Below, piece after piece: positions 1 through 11,857 of a DNA stretch of 64,000 nucleotides (positions are counted from its first letter, which is position 1; each line of letters opens with the position of its first letter). The notes under the pieces are model-generated. The model was not told the origin of the DNA. It did not search any database and saw only the letters and a program-made list of their open reading frames with translations. This DNA is from a virus (Duplodnaviria > Heunggongvirae > Uroviricota > Caudoviricetes). The DNA lies in the IMG/VR virus record IMGVR_UViG_3300047470_000520; one strand, written 5' to 3'. The translations under genes and the position numbers were made by a program.

Positions 1-1
1 A

Positions 2-457
2 CAGGCCATGATCGATTCGGCAGTCAGCAAGGAAGTGAAATACCTGAAGTACATCCCAAAGGACAAGATCAAGAGGGAATGCCTGGAGCGACTGGTTGTC
101 GATGGCACGGAATGCTCTACTGATCTTGAGGCAGCCGGGTTGCTCGACTTCATGAGCGACTTGATGCGTGGTGGTTATTGGCCGAAGCTGGTGGACAAGC
201 CGTCGTCGCCGAAGGAAGCCCTGTATCTCATGCTGGACGTCCATGTCGCGGCTGAAAACCTGAAGGTCTACTACAAGGCTTTTGTACGATCTCATCCAAT
301 GGATGAGGTGTTGCCGCTGATGAAGTCGCCCGAGATGCAGACCTTGATGCTTGAGATCTACCGCGACGAAGAACTCATCCCTCATCTTCGTACGGGATTG
401 CTCAAGGGTGCCGGCAGGGTCAGGGGAAAACTGCTGGAAAATGGATTGGGGCTCTGA
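2..457 (+). CDS. LGL-tail family 1 protein, 5'-partial (C-terminal half only in window)
   Basis: ORF is open to the window edge. It aligns to the C-terminal half of gene 460-1329 (GYWPK..KPSS..YYKAF.R.HPMDEVLPLMKSPE.Q.LML.IY). Ends RGKLLENGLGL*. Confidence 0.8.
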   Translation, partial: QAMIDSAVSKEVKYLKYIPKDKIKRECLERLVVDGTECSTDLEAAGLLDFMSDLMRGGYWPKLVDKPSSPKEALYLMLDVHVAAENLKVYYKAFVRSHPMDEVLPLMKSPEMQTLMLEIYRDEELIPHLRTGLLKGAGRVRGKLLENGLGL

Positions 458-459
458 CG

Positions 460-1329
460 ATGACGCGTAATGACGTGACCAAACGCATTAAGAGCGGGTA
501 TGCCTACCGCTTCGACGAACTGCCACAGGAACACCTGGACAAGAATTTGATTATGGCCTGGCTCCGTGGCACGGATGGGTCGCTTGCAGAGGTTCCAAAG
601 CACCTGATCGATGACGATATTCGCCGGCACGCTGTCAGCACCTCCCATGACGATATGCGCACTGAGGATTACCCGCTCAAGTCGATCTCTATGTCGGACA
701 CCCAGTGTTACGAAGAGTTGGTGATGCTGGCGCTTGCGCAAAGCTCCATGAACATGGAGTACGTTGATCATGCTCTGCACAGCGAAGAGTTTTTCCTGAG
801 GGCGCTGGACGTCAACTCACAGTGCATGATGGGGTTCTTGTCTCGCTGGGCAGCGACAAAGATTGAGTGGTCTGATGCATTGATTGATGCCGCGATCATT
901 AAATCATCGGTCTACATGCGATTTTTCGACAAAAGCAGGATCAAAAAAGAAACCGTGAAGCGTCTGGTCGCGGAGGGTTTGGTCAGTGCGACCGAGGTAG
1001 CCGGGACTGGGTTTCTTGATGCCATGACCGAGCTAATGTCTGAAGGATATTGGCCGAAAAAGGTGAAAAAGCCTTCGTCGATAGAAGGTGCTTTTGTTCT
1101 TCTGCTGGACGCCCATCCAAAGGTGGAAACCCTGTGCATTTACTACAAATGCTTTCTGCGCACCTATCCGATGGAAGACGTACTGCCGCTGATGAAGTCA
1201 CCAGAGCTCCAGGCGTTGATGCTGAGCATTTACACGACCGAGGAACTGAATCCACACCTCCGATCCGGCCTTCTCAAAGGCGCAGGGAGGGTGAGGGGGA
1301 AGCTGCTTGAGGATGGTTTAGGCCTTTAA
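460..1329 (+). CDS. LGL-tail family 1 protein (289 aa)
   Basis: Paralog of the upstream gene. Tail ...KGAGRVRGKLLEDGLGL. Starts 2 nt after the upstream stop. Confidence 0.85.
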   Translation: MTRNDVTKRIKSGYAYRFDELPQEHLDKNLIMAWLRGTDGSLAEVPKHLIDDDIRRHAVSTSHDDMRTEDYPLKSISMSDTQCYEELVMLALAQSSMNMEYVDHALHSEEFFLRALDVNSQCMMGFLSRWAATKIEWSDALIDAAIIKSSVYMRFFDKSRIKKETVKRLVAEGLVSATEVAGTGFLDAMTELMSEGYWPKKVKKPSSIEGAFVLLLDAHPKVETLCIYYKCFLRTYPMEDVLPLMKSPELQALMLSIYTTEELNPHLRSGLLKGAGRVRGKLLEDGLGL

Positions 1330-1334
1330 TTAAG

Positions 1335-2707
<1,373 letters not shown>

Positions 2708-2765
2708 AGCTTGTTGCTACAGGTATGTTGAGCATAAGGGGCCGAGATTATCATTGCGGCCCGTT

Positions 2766-2798
2766 ATGGCTCTGCTTGAGGATGGACTAGGCCTATGA
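2766..2798 (+). pseudogene. Relic 3' end of a family-1 gene (…MALLEDGLGL*) preceding gene 2795
   Basis: Sequence 2772-2798 (ctgcttgaggatggactaggcctatga) matches 1300-1326 (3' end of gene 460-1329) at 24/27 positions. It is in frame with the TGA that overlaps the next ATG. Confidence 0.6.
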
Positions 2799-3667
2799 CG
2801 AGAGATGAGGTGGTATCGAAGGTCTTAGGCAGGCAGCTGGTGTTCTTTAGGGAAATTCCGGAGCATTTGCAGGACGCTGACTTGGCAAAGCTGTGGGTTA
2901 ACCAAAGCAATGGAAGCCTGCGTGACATCCCGGCTCACCTGATTGACGACGAAGTTCGGTTGTCGGCGATGACACCAACTGCCGGCAACAGATTTACAAA
3001 TTCACAAAACGTCGTTGACTCATTGAGCCTCATCGATCCGCAGCACACCGAGCGCTATGAGGAAATCGCTCTGAATGGAGTGTGTTCTTCCCCAAGAGCG
3101 ATTTGGTCGGTCGACTTTTCGTTTCTGAATAACTCTTTTTTCAAAAAAGCGCTTGATAGAAACTGCAACGCGTTGCTTTTTCTGGTCAACCAGCCTGAAA
3201 AGCTTGAACGCTCCAAGATCCTCATCGATCAGGACGTGATCGACTTGGCGGTATCTGGCAGTGCCTCCTATTTTGGTTATTTCAAAAATCATCAGTACCG
3301 CAAGGGGGCGCTGCGCAGTTGCATAAAAAACAACACGTTTGGATACGGAGATCTCGTGGCCATTGGTCGATTTGATGTGCTCGTCGATATGGTGCGAGAA
3401 GGCTTTTGGCCAATAAATGGCCCGGATCTTCCAGAAAACCTTGAGAGCGGCATTGTTGACATGCTTGCTGGGAGTCATATCCATCAGGCCTATGTGCAAA
3501 CGTTTCCTATCAAGGAAGTCGTTGATAACATGACGACGCCGATCAGGAAGATGGAGCTTTTGAAGATGTATTGCGCAGAAGAACTGGCCGCGATCCTTAA
3601 GACCACGCATCTTGGCCAGGACAGGGCTTTTAAGGCCCATATTCTCGAAAGCGGGCTTGGCCTGTGA
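2795..3667 (+). CDS. LGL-tail family 1 protein (subfamily A, 290 aa)
   Basis: ATGA overlap with the relic tail. N-terminal motif F.EIPEHLQ...W...GSL.DIP.HLIDD..R. Tail FKAHILESGLGL. Confidence 0.85.
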   Translation: MTRDEVVSKVLGRQLVFFREIPEHLQDADLAKLWVNQSNGSLRDIPAHLIDDEVRLSAMTPTAGNRFTNSQNVVDSLSLIDPQHTERYEEIALNGVCSSPRAIWSVDFSFLNNSFFKKALDRNCNALLFLVNQPEKLERSKILIDQDVIDLAVSGSASYFGYFKNHQYRKGALRSCIKNNTFGYGDLVAIGRFDVLVDMVREGFWPINGPDLPENLESGIVDMLAGSHIHQAYVQTFPIKEVVDNMTTPIRKMELLKMYCAEELAAILKTTHLGQDRAFKAHILESGLGL

Positions 3668-4533
3668 CGTCTGTCGAGGTAGCGATAGGCATTCGGCGTG
3701 GCATCTTCGCGAGATTTTCAGACATTCCCGAAGAACACCAAACAATTGAGGCCGCTACGGGCTGGGTTGACCTTGGAAAAGGCTCGCTCTACGACATCCC
3801 TGAGCGGTTGATCACTGACCCGGTCAGGGTCGCTGCCATGTCTCCATCGTCCGTCGAGGCGATGACGAATAACCTCATCATTGAGTCATTCATGAACATC
3901 AAGCCCTGGCAAACCGGGCGCTATGAAGAACTGGCGTTGCTTGGGATGAAGCGGGCCAATCAAATTTTCACGTACGTTGATGATGAGTTTCTGACCAAAG
4001 AATTTCTCATGCAGGCACTCATGGCAAATGCTCATGCATTAATGCCTCTGACGAAAAGCACACAAAAGCGTATCAAGCATGCTGTCGACCAAGAGGTTGT
4101 AGATTTTGCAGTGTCGCTTGCTGCGAGTTATTTGTTTCAGTTCGGTGCCGAACAATTGACAGATAAATCGGTCAGGTCATGCATCGCCAATCAAAGCTTT
4201 AATTACAAGATACTCATCGACATCGGGTTCTACCATGTCCTCGTCGACATGATCAGGGAAGGCTTCTGGCCAGGAGACCGGCCTAGCGCCCCTGACAGCC
4301 TGGAGGGTGGCATTGAGCGATTCTTGCCGATTCCAGAGTGCCTGCTGCACCGGGCCTATATACTCCAGTTCCCGATCCAAGACGTCATTACTCAGATGAA
4401 TACCCCGGAGAGAAAAAATGCGCTTTTTCACCTGTATTCAGCCGATGATCTGACTCCATATCTGAAGACCACGCATCTTGGCCAGGACAAGGCTTTCAAA
4501 GGCCGAATACTCGAAAGTGGGATGGGTCTATGA
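3664..4533 (+). CDS. LGL-tail family 1 protein (subfamily A)
   Basis: GTG start overlapping the upstream stop (GTGA). Tail KGRILESGMGL. Close paralog of 2795-3667. Confidence 0.85.
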   Translation: MTSVEVAIGIRRGIFARFSDIPEEHQTIEAATGWVDLGKGSLYDIPERLITDPVRVAAMSPSSVEAMTNNLIIESFMNIKPWQTGRYEELALLGMKRANQIFTYVDDEFLTKEFLMQALMANAHALMPLTKSTQKRIKHAVDQEVVDFAVSLAASYLFQFGAEQLTDKSVRSCIANQSFNYKILIDIGFYHVLVDMIREGFWPGDRPSAPDSLEGGIERFLPIPECLLHRAYILQFPIQDVITQMNTPERKNALFHLYSADDLTPYLKTTHLGQDKAFKGRILESGMGL

Positions 4534-5411
4534 CCCGCGACGATCTGTACAAGCAGATTGATGATTGGAAGCCGGTCTTGTTCATAGACATACCCGAAGA
4601 CCTTCAGGATGCAGAGACCGCTTACCGTTGGATCGCCAAGGGAATCGGCACGCTCATAAACGTTCCTAAGCATCTGATCGATGACAATCTGCGGCTGGCT
4701 GCCGTGAGCAGAGAGATAACCGGTGGGCTGCGGGGGGAAAGAACCATTTCCTTCAAATCGATCAATTTCTCGGACACGGATCGGTATGAGGAATTTGCGC
4801 TCATCGCCATCACCGATGATTACTTGAACATCCTGAATGTCGATGTGGCGCTCATGAGCAACGAATTCATGATGAAGGCGCTTGCTGCAAACGCGCACTC
4901 CCTTTATCCGCTGCTGGGTCACCCGAACATTCTTGAACAGCGCAAGATCACGATCACTCAGGAGATGATCGATTTCGCCGTGGCCAACAGCACGGCATAT
5001 TTTCGAACGATGCCATTTCGAGAAGATCAGTACCGGGTCGAAGCCGTGAGGAAATGCATCAAAAACCACTATTTCGACCTTAAACTGTTGCGCAAGATTG
5101 GCCACTTCTCGACATTGGTCAATGTAATTAAGGATGGATACTGGCCCGGCCATTTCTCTGAGCAGCCTGTCGACCTGGTTGATGCTTTTGAGAAAATAGA
5201 GCTCTTGCCAACGAATCAGGTGGTGTACCGCGCCTATGTCATGTCGCATCCGATTGAGGAAGTGATCGCTTGCATCGATACACGGGAACAAAAGATCGAA
5301 CTGCTGAACATGTACTCGCACTCAGATCTGATGCCATTCTTGAAGGGCAGTCACCTTGCAAAAGACCAGGAATTAAAGGGACTTTTGCTGGAAAACGTGC
5401 TGGGCGTCTGA
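4530..5411 (+). CDS. LGL-tail family 1 protein (subfamily A; tail variant …LENVLGV)
   Basis: ATGA overlap. Paralog. Tail KGLLLENVLGV. Confidence 0.85.
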   Translation: MTRDDLYKQIDDWKPVLFIDIPEDLQDAETAYRWIAKGIGTLINVPKHLIDDNLRLAAVSREITGGLRGERTISFKSINFSDTDRYEEFALIAITDDYLNILNVDVALMSNEFMMKALAANAHSLYPLLGHPNILEQRKITITQEMIDFAVANSTAYFRTMPFREDQYRVEAVRKCIKNHYFDLKLLRKIGHFSTLVNVIKDGYWPGHFSEQPVDLVDAFEKIELLPTNQVVYRAYVMSHPIEEVIACIDTREQKIELLNMYSHSDLMPFLKGSHLAKDQELKGLLLENVLGV

Positions 5412-5451
5412 TTTAATGATTAATTGACAAAGACCGGAAGGATGACCAGGT

Positions 5452-6342
5452 ATGAGCGGGATAGGCGGGATGATGAACAGCATCATCGACGGGGAATACG
5501 CGAAATTTTCCAACTATCCCCCGGAGCATCAGACGCCGGAGAGCGCAAGCGTTTGGTTTGACGTCAAAATGGCTTTGCTCGCCGATCCTGAGCAGGAAAC
5601 GGTGGAGGCCTATTACGACGAGATCCCCGAGGCGCTGCGATCCCATAAGCTCAATCAAAGCCTGATCAAATACAGTCCTTTCTCCCTCTCCAGATTCTCG
5701 CCAACGCACATGACTGAGCGTGAGTATTGCCAGCTGGTCTGTGAGGCCGCCATTCAGGATTCCACGTCCCTGAACCTGGTGGTGCCCGAGTACCAGACCG
5801 AGCGTACGGTTTTGATGGTCTTGTCCAAAGCCGAAAGCACGATCCATCGGTTGTTGAGGAATTGCCCCTGGGTGAAGCGAGAACTCACGCCCACCCTGAT
5901 CGACCTCAGCGCTCAAACGGGCGTGTCCGTCCTGCTGGCGGTGGATGAAAGCCAGCTCAGCAACAAGGCCTTGGACTATTTGCTCACAAACCATCTTGAT
6001 AGCCACTATCAGGTTCGAAAAGCCGGGAAGCTGCATTTGCTGACCAAGGGCATCGAGCTGGGTTACTGGCCACGGGCAAAGCTGTCCGGGCCGGTTTCAA
6101 AGCCGACCTGCTTGCCGGCTGGGGTTCGTATGCTGCTCTGTGCCAGCTCTGAGGACACAGAGTCGCTTTACCTGGCCTACGTGAAGACTTTCCCGGTTGG
6201 CAAGGTTGTGAGGCTCCTAAAGGGCCCTCAGGGGCGTAAGTTCTTGCTTGAAGCTTACACCACCGACGAACTCAGCCCGCACATCAAACAGATGGACTGC
6301 TCGCTCAAGGGGCAAGTGCTGGGTCGGGCGATGGGGTTATGA
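5452..6342 (+). CDS. LGL-tail family 1 protein (divergent member, 296 aa)
   Basis: Shares the GYWP and YLAYVKTFPV..V..LKGP...K.LLEAYTTDEL motifs. Tail KGQVLGRAMGL. Confidence 0.8.
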   Translation: MSGIGGMMNSIIDGEYAKFSNYPPEHQTPESASVWFDVKMALLADPEQETVEAYYDEIPEALRSHKLNQSLIKYSPFSLSRFSPTHMTEREYCQLVCEAAIQDSTSLNLVVPEYQTERTVLMVLSKAESTIHRLLRNCPWVKRELTPTLIDLSAQTGVSVLLAVDESQLSNKALDYLLTNHLDSHYQVRKAGKLHLLTKGIELGYWPRAKLSGPVSKPTCLPAGVRMLLCASSEDTESLYLAYVKTFPVGKVVRLLKGPQGRKFLLEAYTTDELSPHIKQMDCSLKGQVLGRAMGL

Positions 6343-7244
6343 GCACCGGTTTGTCGGACTCACTGACTCTCAGCGAGGTAGTCGCCGCCATCAGAGCTGG
6401 CCGGGTTCGGCACTTTGCTGAAATCCCGGCGCATCACATGTGCGAAAGAACAGCCATTGCCTGGCTGGATATGGCGTATGAGCTCAGTATGGGGGTGGAG
6501 GCATCCTTTGGTGAGGTGCCTCTTGAATGCCGGACGGCCACGTTCATGATGCTGGCAGCCAAGATGGGCTGCTCGGTGTTGGCTGAAACCACACCAGAGC
6601 AATGCAGCAATTACAGGGGGCTGGCGGAGACGTCAATTTCTGCAAAATATTCCGCGCTATATGATCTTGACTGCCATTTCCGTGATCAGAAGATGGTCGA
6701 ATTCGTGTTTGCGTGCTGGCCACGTGATGTGTGTGCGATTGCGCAGATGTGCCCATGGGTGATCGAGTTTATATCCGATGACCTTCTGAACAAATACGCG
6801 CATCAAGACCCGCTCTTTGCATTGGCGGTGCCTCCAGAGCGACTTCAAGAGCCATTGTGCCGGTACATGAGCTTGCACATCATCTCAGACAAGATGCACA
6901 AGTACAGGCCGATTCGAGAGATGGGTCGGCTTGACCTGCTGGCCATCCGGGTGGGCGAAGGTGATTGGTTTTACAACTATCGCGCAAACAGTGTGCCCAG
7001 GCCAGCCTCGCTAGATCAGGCTGTGGCGGTTTTGGGTGAGTTGAGTTCTCGCAAGCGCGATGAAGAGACAATGTACATGAGCTACATCATGTCTTTTCCG
7101 ATTGAGCAGGTGGTGCCGGCGATGAAGGGCTCTCGCCTGAAGGCGCTGTTGCTTGAGATGTACTCGATGGAGGCGCTGGCGCCTTTTTTGAAAGGTGACG
7201 TTGGATTGAGAGGCGTGATGTTGGAGAGGGCGTTGGGTCTGTGA
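6339..7244 (+). CDS. LGL-tail family 1 protein (subfamily B, ~300 aa)
   Basis: ATGA overlap. Motifs FPIEQVVPAMKGSRLKALLLEMYS.EAL.PFLK. Tail RGVMLERALGL. Confidence 0.85.
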   Translation: MSTGLSDSLTLSEVVAAIRAGRVRHFAEIPAHHMCERTAIAWLDMAYELSMGVEASFGEVPLECRTATFMMLAAKMGCSVLAETTPEQCSNYRGLAETSISAKYSALYDLDCHFRDQKMVEFVFACWPRDVCAIAQMCPWVIEFISDDLLNKYAHQDPLFALAVPPERLQEPLCRYMSLHIISDKMHKYRPIREMGRLDLLAIRVGEGDWFYNYRANSVPRPASLDQAVAVLGELSSRKRDEETMYMSYIMSFPIEQVVPAMKGSRLKALLLEMYSMEALAPFLKGDVGLRGVMLERALGL

Positions 7245-7249
7245 TCTTG

Positions 7250-7279
7250 TGTACCAGGCCTGGCTGCATCAGTCATAAT
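7250..7279 (+). promoter_or_regulatory. Conserved promoter-like element TGTACC-N18-CATAAT (copy 1 of 3)
   Basis: GCATCAGTCATAAT compares with GCATCCGCCATAAT at 13581-13594 and 14566-14579. The upstream TGTAC has the same 18-nt spacing. Located about 70 nt upstream of gene 7349. Confidence 0.4.
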
Positions 7280-7348
7280 TGGTGAATAATCATGGGTCAC
7301 GAACACCATTTTAAGGGTGCTCATGGCTTGAAACTGCGGATCAAGGCC

Positions 7349-8224
7349 ATGTCGAGCAAGCAGCAATTCTCTAGCAAAGATGAAGTGTATGAAGTCCTGT
7401 TCAAGGACGGTTTTAGGCATTTCTCTGACATTCCAAAAGATTTTGCTGATGACAAAATAGCCTTCGAGTGGTTAAGGCGCCAGCAGGGGGATGCAGACCT
7501 AGCTGGAGCGCTGTACGCTCAAATCCCACCGCAACTGAGGTCAGATGAGCTCCTTGAGTTCGTGGCCCGCGAAGGCGTTAATGTCCTGAGGGACACCAGT
7601 CCTGAGCAGACCAAACGTTACCCTCTCTTGATGTATCTGTGTTCGGCTCATGACTACAGAACGTTGCGAGATGTTGATCCTGCATTTCGTAATGACCAAA
7701 CGCTGCTGAAAAATATCTGCAGCAGATACAAAAGCGGCCTTGCGAAGCTGGTGAACGAGGTTGACTGGTTTGGCCCCGCAATGTCTGGCGATTTTTTCGA
7801 TGAATGCTGTCGGGATGATCTGCAATTTGCCCTCGATGTTTCTCCAACATTGATGCGCAAGAGCATTGTTGAGTATGTTGATCTTGATAGTCGTAAAAAC
7901 CTTCTGCTCCTAAGGTCTTGTGGCCGTGTAGATCTGATCGCAGAAAAAATCACCGTGGATCAATGGCCAGAGCAATACAATGAACCTAAGTCATTAGCGG
8001 AGGCCGTTGATGCAGTCCTGGATTGCAGGTCTGGTTATCCCACAGAAACGTTGCACATGGGGTATGTCATGCTCTATCCCATTGATGAAGTCGTGCCAGC
8101 CATGAAAGGGGCCAGGCTCAAAAAGCTGCTGCTGGAGATGTATCCTGCCGAGGCGCTCAAGCCCTTTATGAAGCACGATAGCGTCCTCAAAGGCGCATTG
8201 CTTGACGACGCATTAGGCCTTTAA
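7349..8224 (+). CDS. LGL-tail family 1 protein (subfamily B)
   Basis: Start set at MSSKQQ... (internal ATG of the longer ORF 7292-8224) because it aligns with the paralog N-termini. Tail KGALLDDALGL. Confidence 0.8.
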   Translation: MSSKQQFSSKDEVYEVLFKDGFRHFSDIPKDFADDKIAFEWLRRQQGDADLAGALYAQIPPQLRSDELLEFVAREGVNVLRDTSPEQTKRYPLLMYLCSAHDYRTLRDVDPAFRNDQTLLKNICSRYKSGLAKLVNEVDWFGPAMSGDFFDECCRDDLQFALDVSPTLMRKSIVEYVDLDSRKNLLLLRSCGRVDLIAEKITVDQWPEQYNEPKSLAEAVDAVLDCRSGYPTETLHMGYVMLYPIDEVVPAMKGARLKKLLLEMYPAEALKPFMKHDSVLKGALLDDALGL

Positions 8225-8238
8225 GAAGGGAAATTGCA

Positions 8239-9123
8239 GTGACCAATCGAATCTCTGCCCTCACCAATGAGCAGTTCATTGAAGAGCTTGTTCCAGATCA
8301 CTCTCTGGCATTTTCAGATATCCCCGCCGAGCTCCTCGGGGATGAGGTGATCATAAGGTGGCTGAGGGGGTCAATTGAGTTGGCCACTGAGCGCTATGCC
8401 CAAATCCCTCAATCCTATCGATCCGAGCGTGTTTTGCTCTACGCGGGAAGCGAAGGGGTGCCTGTTTTAAGGCATACGAAACCAAGCCAGGTAGAAAACT
8501 ACTATTGGCTCGTCATCACCTGTGTGAATCATGACTACACCGCCCTGGCCGACGTCGATCCCTCTTATCAAAACGACAGGCTTATCCAGGCGATGTTCAT
8601 GTGGAGAACCGCTGGTGATCAGATAGTGTTATTAAGGGAAATTGAGTGGATGGTCGATAAGATATCTAAAGACCTGCTGATCAATTACTCCCTCAAAGAT
8701 GTCAATTTTTTGCTGGATTTGCCGCCAAAGATCTTCCCTGAAAATGCCGATGAATACTTCCAGCTTGAGCTTCCAGAAACGCTTGCGATGCTCAGGGCCC
8801 GTGGCCGGCTGGATCTTCTTGCGGCTAAGATTTCTCGAGGCGGCTGGCATGAAAATGGAAATCCGTTCCTCCAATTTCATAAACCAGAATCATTGCAAAT
8901 GGCGATAGAGCATTTGGTTAATGCGCCACCCGGCCAGTACATCGAGACACTTTATCTCGGCTGTGTGATGACCTATCCCATTGAGCAGGTTGTGCCAGGC
9001 ATGAAAGGCAATCGCTTGAAGGCGCTTCTGCTTGAGGTGTATTCACCCGAGGCGCTCAAACCATTCTTGAGAGTCGATGCTGATCTGAGGGGCGCGATGC
9101 TGGAGGGGGCGCTAGGTCTATGA
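8239..9123 (+). CDS. LGL-tail family 1 protein (subfamily B)
   Basis: GTG start with AAGGG RBS. Tail RGAMLEGALGL. Confidence 0.85.
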   Translation: MTNRISALTNEQFIEELVPDHSLAFSDIPAELLGDEVIIRWLRGSIELATERYAQIPQSYRSERVLLYAGSEGVPVLRHTKPSQVENYYWLVITCVNHDYTALADVDPSYQNDRLIQAMFMWRTAGDQIVLLREIEWMVDKISKDLLINYSLKDVNFLLDLPPKIFPENADEYFQLELPETLAMLRARGRLDLLAAKISRGGWHENGNPFLQFHKPESLQMAIEHLVNAPPGQYIETLYLGCVMTYPIEQVVPGMKGNRLKALLLEVYSPEALKPFLRVDADLRGAMLEGALGL

Positions 9124-10031
9124 GCATTCTTTCAGAGAACAGCACGCTGGATGAGGTTGTTCAGGCCATTGAAAGTGGGCTGGTTCATGACTTCTTGGAG
9201 ATTCCTCAGCAATATCAGAGCGAATCGCTGGCGTTTGCATGGCTTGACAAGGCAAGGATCGGCGGGATCTGGCTGGACAATGGTGTCGATAACGTACCCT
9301 CCGAGTTTAGAACTCCAAGGTTTATGTTACTGGCGGCAGAAAAGGGATGTCCGGTGCTCTATCAAGCCACTCCAGAGAAATACCAAAATTACAGGGAGAT
9401 TGCCTTAGCTTCGATTACGAAAAACATCTCTCAACTGGGGTATCTCGATCCATGCTTTCGTGGAGAGATGCTAGAACATGCACAAAAAGTGTGGCCAAAG
9501 CACCTTTTTTACATGGCGGATATGAACGAATGGTTTTTTGAGTCTATGTCTGATGACTTGCTCGATAAATCGGTACGAGGCGATTCGCTATTGGCGCTGA
9601 TCGCGCCAGCACACAGGTTGCGAGAGCCGTTGCATCGCTACATCAATCTGAATGACCTCTCAACGCGCATGGGATTGTGCAGTTTTATCTGCAGAAATGG
9701 CTTACTCCCTATGCTGGCCACCAAGGTGCGCGAGGGCGAGTGGTTTGATGGCTATTTCGAAGACATGCCAACCAAGCAGATCCCAAGGCCTGATTCACTT
9801 GAGAGTGGCGTGATGGAACTGGGTAAGCGTCGACCAGACGACTCGGAAGGTGAGACCATTTTAATGGCCTACATCATGAGCCATCCGATTGCCGATGTGG
9901 TGCCGGCCATGAAGGACATTCGCCTGAAAAAGTTCCTGCTTGAAATGTACTCCAAGGTAGAGCTTGAGCCATTTATGAAGGAAGATGTCGGCCTACGTGG
10001 CGCGATGCTGGAAGGAGCCTTGGGGCTATGA
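9120..10031 (+). CDS. LGL-tail family 1 protein (subfamily B)
   Basis: ATGA overlap. Tail RGAMLEGALGL. Confidence 0.85.
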   Translation: MSILSENSTLDEVVQAIESGLVHDFLEIPQQYQSESLAFAWLDKARIGGIWLDNGVDNVPSEFRTPRFMLLAAEKGCPVLYQATPEKYQNYREIALASITKNISQLGYLDPCFRGEMLEHAQKVWPKHLFYMADMNEWFFESMSDDLLDKSVRGDSLLALIAPAHRLREPLHRYINLNDLSTRMGLCSFICRNGLLPMLATKVREGEWFDGYFEDMPTKQIPRPDSLESGVMELGKRRPDDSEGETILMAYIMSHPIADVVPAMKDIRLKKFLLEMYSKVELEPFMKEDVGLRGAMLEGALGL

Positions 10032-10936
10032 TCAAGCTGACGGAATCTTCGAAGTCGAACCAAGTGAAAGACGCTCTTAATTCAGGGGAAGTGCGCTGCT
10101 TCACTGACCTGCCTGAGTGTTTTCAGACGCCTGATATGGCGATCTATTATCTTCAGCATTTCACTAAATACAGTGACGTTAATAGCGAATTCCAATACAA
10201 CACAGTGCCGAAGCATTGTCGGACGGATGCCTTCTTAATGACGGCTGCGACCATTGGCTGCAGGGTTTTGAGGGATACCACTCCAGAAGACACCGAGATT
10301 TACCGTGATCTGGCCGTTGCCACTATTGGAGTCAGCAGGCTTGGCTTTAAAGACGTACCTCCTGCGTTTCGTGATGTAGAGATGGTCGAGTGCATCATTA
10401 GGAAATTTCCACGTGAAATACATTCCATGATGGGGCGGGTTGATTGGCTGATAGACGCTATGTCTGATGATCAGTTAGACAGATGTTGTCAGGAAGATTT
10501 AATGGTTGCTCTGGACGCGCCAGCACATCGAATCAAGGGAAGCGTCAGCCAATACCTGCATCTGGATAAGCTGACGGGCACTCAGATTGTCAACATCCGC
10601 AGCAAAGGGCGTCTTGACCTGATTGCCTTGAAGCTAAAAGAGGAAAAGTGGCCGTTTCCATTGTTCGGTGCCGAGGGCGAGAGTATGCCGATAGAGCCAG
10701 AATCGATGGAGAAGCTGTTGGGACGTCTGGAAGATTCAGGCCCAAACACGCCTTACGAGACCATATACATGGCTTGCATGATGCGTGAGCCCATCGACCA
10801 GGTGGTGTCGCTGATGGCCAGCAATCGCCTAAAGAAGCTGCTGTTGGAGATGTACTCAGAAGCCGAGCTTGCCCCATACTTGAAGGATGACAATCAGCTA
10901 AAGGGCGCCTACCTGGAAGACGCCTTAGGCATCTAG
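10028..10936 (+). CDS. LGL-tail family 1 protein (subfamily B; tail …LEDALGI)
   Basis: ATGA overlap. Tail KGAYLEDALGI. Confidence 0.85.
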   Translation: MIKLTESSKSNQVKDALNSGEVRCFTDLPECFQTPDMAIYYLQHFTKYSDVNSEFQYNTVPKHCRTDAFLMTAATIGCRVLRDTTPEDTEIYRDLAVATIGVSRLGFKDVPPAFRDVEMVECIIRKFPREIHSMMGRVDWLIDAMSDDQLDRCCQEDLMVALDAPAHRIKGSVSQYLHLDKLTGTQIVNIRSKGRLDLIALKLKEEKWPFPLFGAEGESMPIEPESMEKLLGRLEDSGPNTPYETIYMACMMREPIDQVVSLMASNRLKKLLLEMYSEAELAPYLKDDNQLKGAYLEDALGI

Positions 10937-10945
10937 CCACGGATC

Positions 10946-11842
10946 ATGACCATGCCGGATATCGGAATTTACCTCAACAAAGCGGAAGTCCACGAGGCCA
11001 TCGTTCTCGGTGTTTTTAAGCGCTTTGCAGATATTCCTGAGCAGTTCCTGGACGATGATCTGGTGTGTGACTGGGTGCATTTTTCGGGCAGTCCGATTGA
11101 AAGGTATTACGCTCAAGTGCCACAGCAGTGGCGGTCTGACGAATTTCTTAAATTTGCGGCCCACAGTGGATGCAACGTCCTAAAAGACACCAGCCCAAAA
11201 CAAACGCATTGCTACCGTGCCCTGGTAAACCTCTGCATGGCGAACGATTGCTGGGATCTTCGTGACGTTCATCCAGACTTCAGTGATAACGAAATTAAAC
11301 TCCGCGACGATGATCTACTGAAAATCGCGGTGAAAAGGCTTGGCGCTGTCGATTTCCTTAAGCTCATAAAGGATATTGACTGGATTGGCCAGGCGATGTC
11401 CGACGAACTGATAGAGCAATGCTGTCGAGACGACTTTTCATTTGCCATTGATGCTCCACCTGGTTTGTTGCGTAAGGACGTCCACGAATACATTAATTTT
11501 AGGTCGCACAAGGTTTTTAAAACTATCCATGATCGTGGGCGATTTGATCTGCTTTCACTCAAGCTGGCTGAAGGCTGGCCGGAAAACACCAATCTGCTCA
11601 GTCCTACCTCTTTGCCTCAGGCCATTGATGAGTTACGCCATACCTCACGAGTCAATTCAGCTGCAACGCTGTACATGGGCTACATCATGAGATTCCCAAT
11701 CGAAGACGTCGTGCCGGCCATGAGTGGAAGTCGACTCAAAAAGCTCCTGCTTGAAATGTACTCAAAGGAAGCCCTGGCTCCATTTATGAAGCAGGATAAT
11801 GGCTTGAAAGGCGTTCTCCTCGATGACGCGTTGGGTTTATAG
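10946..11842 (+). CDS. LGL-tail family 1 protein (subfamily B)
   Basis: Tail KGVLLDDALGL. 9-nt gap from the upstream gene. Confidence 0.85.
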   Translation: MTMPDIGIYLNKAEVHEAIVLGVFKRFADIPEQFLDDDLVCDWVHFSGSPIERYYAQVPQQWRSDEFLKFAAHSGCNVLKDTSPKQTHCYRALVNLCMANDCWDLRDVHPDFSDNEIKLRDDDLLKIAVKRLGAVDFLKLIKDIDWIGQAMSDELIEQCCRDDFSFAIDAPPGLLRKDVHEYINFRSHKVFKTIHDRGRFDLLSLKLAEGWPENTNLLSPTSLPQAIDELRHTSRVNSAATLYMGYIMRFPIEDVVPAMSGSRLKKLLLEMYSKEALAPFMKQDNGLKGVLLDDALGL

Positions 11843-11857
11843 GAAAGGATTTCGCTG

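Noticed and set aside
3020-3745. 241-aa ORF on the minus strand, and similar long antisense ORFs at 4428-5321, 5413-6036, 20212-20694 and 23340-23906
   Set aside because: They lie entirely antisense to well-supported paralog genes and have no conserved features. These are shadow ORFs.
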